The position numbers were made by a program, and so were the translations under genes. A DNA stretch of 64,000 bases from Eledone cirrhosa (taxonomy: Eukaryota). Within the stretch, counting starts at the first letter, position 1; every line of letters begins with the position of its first letter. Positions 62,190 to 64,000 of this stretch are shown here, one piece after another. A model generated the notes under the pieces. That model searched no databases. It was given only the letters and a program-made list of their open reading frames with translations, and was not told the origin of the DNA. Where the stretch lies: NCBI GenBank assembly GCA_964016885.1, contig OZ024751.1:13206001-13270000 (forward strand), in the 5' to 3' direction.

Positions 62190-62594
62190 TAAAATAAGTA
62201 AGTCAAGCATGTAAAATTTGGCTTTTTTAATTATAAATTCTCTGCTATATATATTTCGGTGACAGCCATTATTGCCTGTGACCTCTTCAGGCAGTCCGAA
62301 TTAGTGTGGAAAAGACAGGTACACATGTTGTTGAAGTGTGTTCCACGCTGTCAATACATCGATATGTCCATCGATACGTGGATATGATTCCAGTTCCTCG
62401 GAGGACTAACAACACATTCAGGAGCTGGACATATCGATGTATTGAGAGAGTGGTACACACTTCAACAACATGTTTACCTGTTCGGACTGCCTGAAGAGGT
62501 CACAGCCAATGATAGCTGTCACCCAAATATACTGTATATAGCAGAGAATTTATAATAAACGAAGCCAAATTTTACATGTTTGACTTACTTATTT

Positions 62595-62596
<2 letters not shown>
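62190..62596. mobile_element. PLE fold-back element with a hammerhead in each arm
   Basis: Imperfect ~400 bp inverted repeat; hammerheads at 62242-62294 (-) and 62487-62544 (+). Confidence 0.8.
62242..62294 (-). ncRNA. Minimal type I hammerhead ribozyme
   Basis: Minus strand: CTGC CTGAAGA GGT cacag..ctgtc ACC GAAA TATATA TA GCAG. Confidence 0.75.
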
Positions 62597-62669
<73 letters not shown>

Positions 62670-62671
<2 letters not shown>

Positions 62672-62864
62672 CGAAGGAATTGTGGTAAGGAACCAGATGG
62701 ACCATAACGCACCAGAGTACTCAATACTTAGGGTAGTAGAGTGGGTAATAGGAAAATGTATGACCCCGACGGCAGAGCTCAAGCCGTTTCGACGGCTATT
62801 TCTGGACCAGAAATAGCCGTCGAAACGGTTTGGGCTCTGCCGTCGGGGTCATATATTTTCCTAT
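62670..62864. mobile_element. PLE-type fragment with a 117 bp near-perfect hairpin (62748-62864)
   Basis: Palindrome centred at 62806; the adjacent segment is the reverse complement of 26495-26590. Confidence 0.7.
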
Positions 62865-63062
62865 ATATATATATACAGAGAAAGGGAGGGAGGGAGGGAG
62901 AGATAGATAGGTAGACACATATATGGTACTTTTCCTAATATAAGTCTCAAAAATCTACTATGCGTCTTCGGCACCGGAAAATACGGTATATAGATATGAA
63001 AATGTGAAATTCTATCTTACTACCGTCTACTTCTTTACTACAAATATACGCACACACACACA

Positions 63063-63125
<63 letters not shown>

Positions 63126-63786
63126 GAGTGTCCCATTCTAATAAATATTGCATGTACAGCTAATCAATGAATTTTGGGGGGGACACCCTATATGTGAGTG
63201 TGTGTGTGAGTGTGTGTGTGTGAGTGAGTGAGTGAGTGAGTGTGTGTGTGAGTGAGTGTGTGTGTGAGTGAGTGTGTGTGTGTATGTGTGTATTTACAGT
63301 TGAAAAGGAATATATTATAAAATATAAATAAAAAAATTATTTCTCTAAAATCTGTTTCATCGGACCTTATGCCGAAATCTAGGGTTTGTAAAGAAAGAAG
63401 AAAAAACATTAACTCTTTAAATATTGTAGCGAATAAAGGGGTTGAGTTGTTAACTAGCCAACTGAACGAAAGGGAAATAAAAGGGGCCAGCCCATCTGTA
63501 ACCTAATGTTTTTCATGTTGTTGTTGTTCTGATTTTCGTAGAATTTTTTGTTTTCTTTTTGTTTTTTTCGATTTTGTTTTTGTTTTTGTTGTTTTTATGG
63601 AGGGTGGGAAGTTACCGGGTAATGACCCTTAGTTTTGACACAGCACCTGTACAGAAACTGAGGAGGAAAAGGGATAAAATATAGAACCCTTTCACACATC
63701 ATGTGTGTAGGTATGTGCATGGATGGACGTGTATGTGCATGTATGTACATGTGTATATGTCTGTTAGAAAGAAAGAGAGAGAGAGG

Positions 63787-63817
<31 letters not shown>

Positions 63818-64000
63818 CACATGGGTAGGAGTAATCGTGTTCCTATATGCATGGATATGTGTCTGTATGCATAAGTGTGTATATGTGTGTGTGTGTATGT
63901 GTGTATGAATGCATGCATGAGCGTATGAATGCGTGCATTTATGTATCTATGCATTCATGTGTGGGTGGATGTATTTGCGTATGTGTGTGTGTATGTACGT

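Overview
Repeat-saturated, AT-rich eukaryotic genomic DNA. It is most likely from an octopod cephalopod; this is inferred from a tRNA-derived SINE family carrying the octopus-type core GCCTTTCATCCTTACGGGGTCGATAAA...GTACCAG. No credible host protein-coding gene is visible. Almost all ORFs in the track are translations of microsatellites or minisatellites. The window holds decayed transposons: RTE, CRE and Ingi/Vingi-type LINE 3' ends, a non-autonomous Helitron with a PIF1 helicase remnant, piggyBac-, hAT- and Tc1/pogo-type MITEs, and more than a dozen SINE copies. It also holds large G-rich minisatellites and many Penelope-like (PLE) pLTR or fold-back remnants inserted in (TA)n, several of which carry recognisable type I hammerhead ribozyme motifs. 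The standout feature is a 6.5 kb head-to-tail array of about 10.6 apparently identical, non-coding, hairpin-rich 615 bp units inserted in (TA)n. Each unit carries a variant hammerhead-like core and a motif shared with the PLE remnants. It is a candidate retrozyme-like circular RNA copied by rolling-circle reverse transcription. All calls were made by eye, without database searches or folding software.
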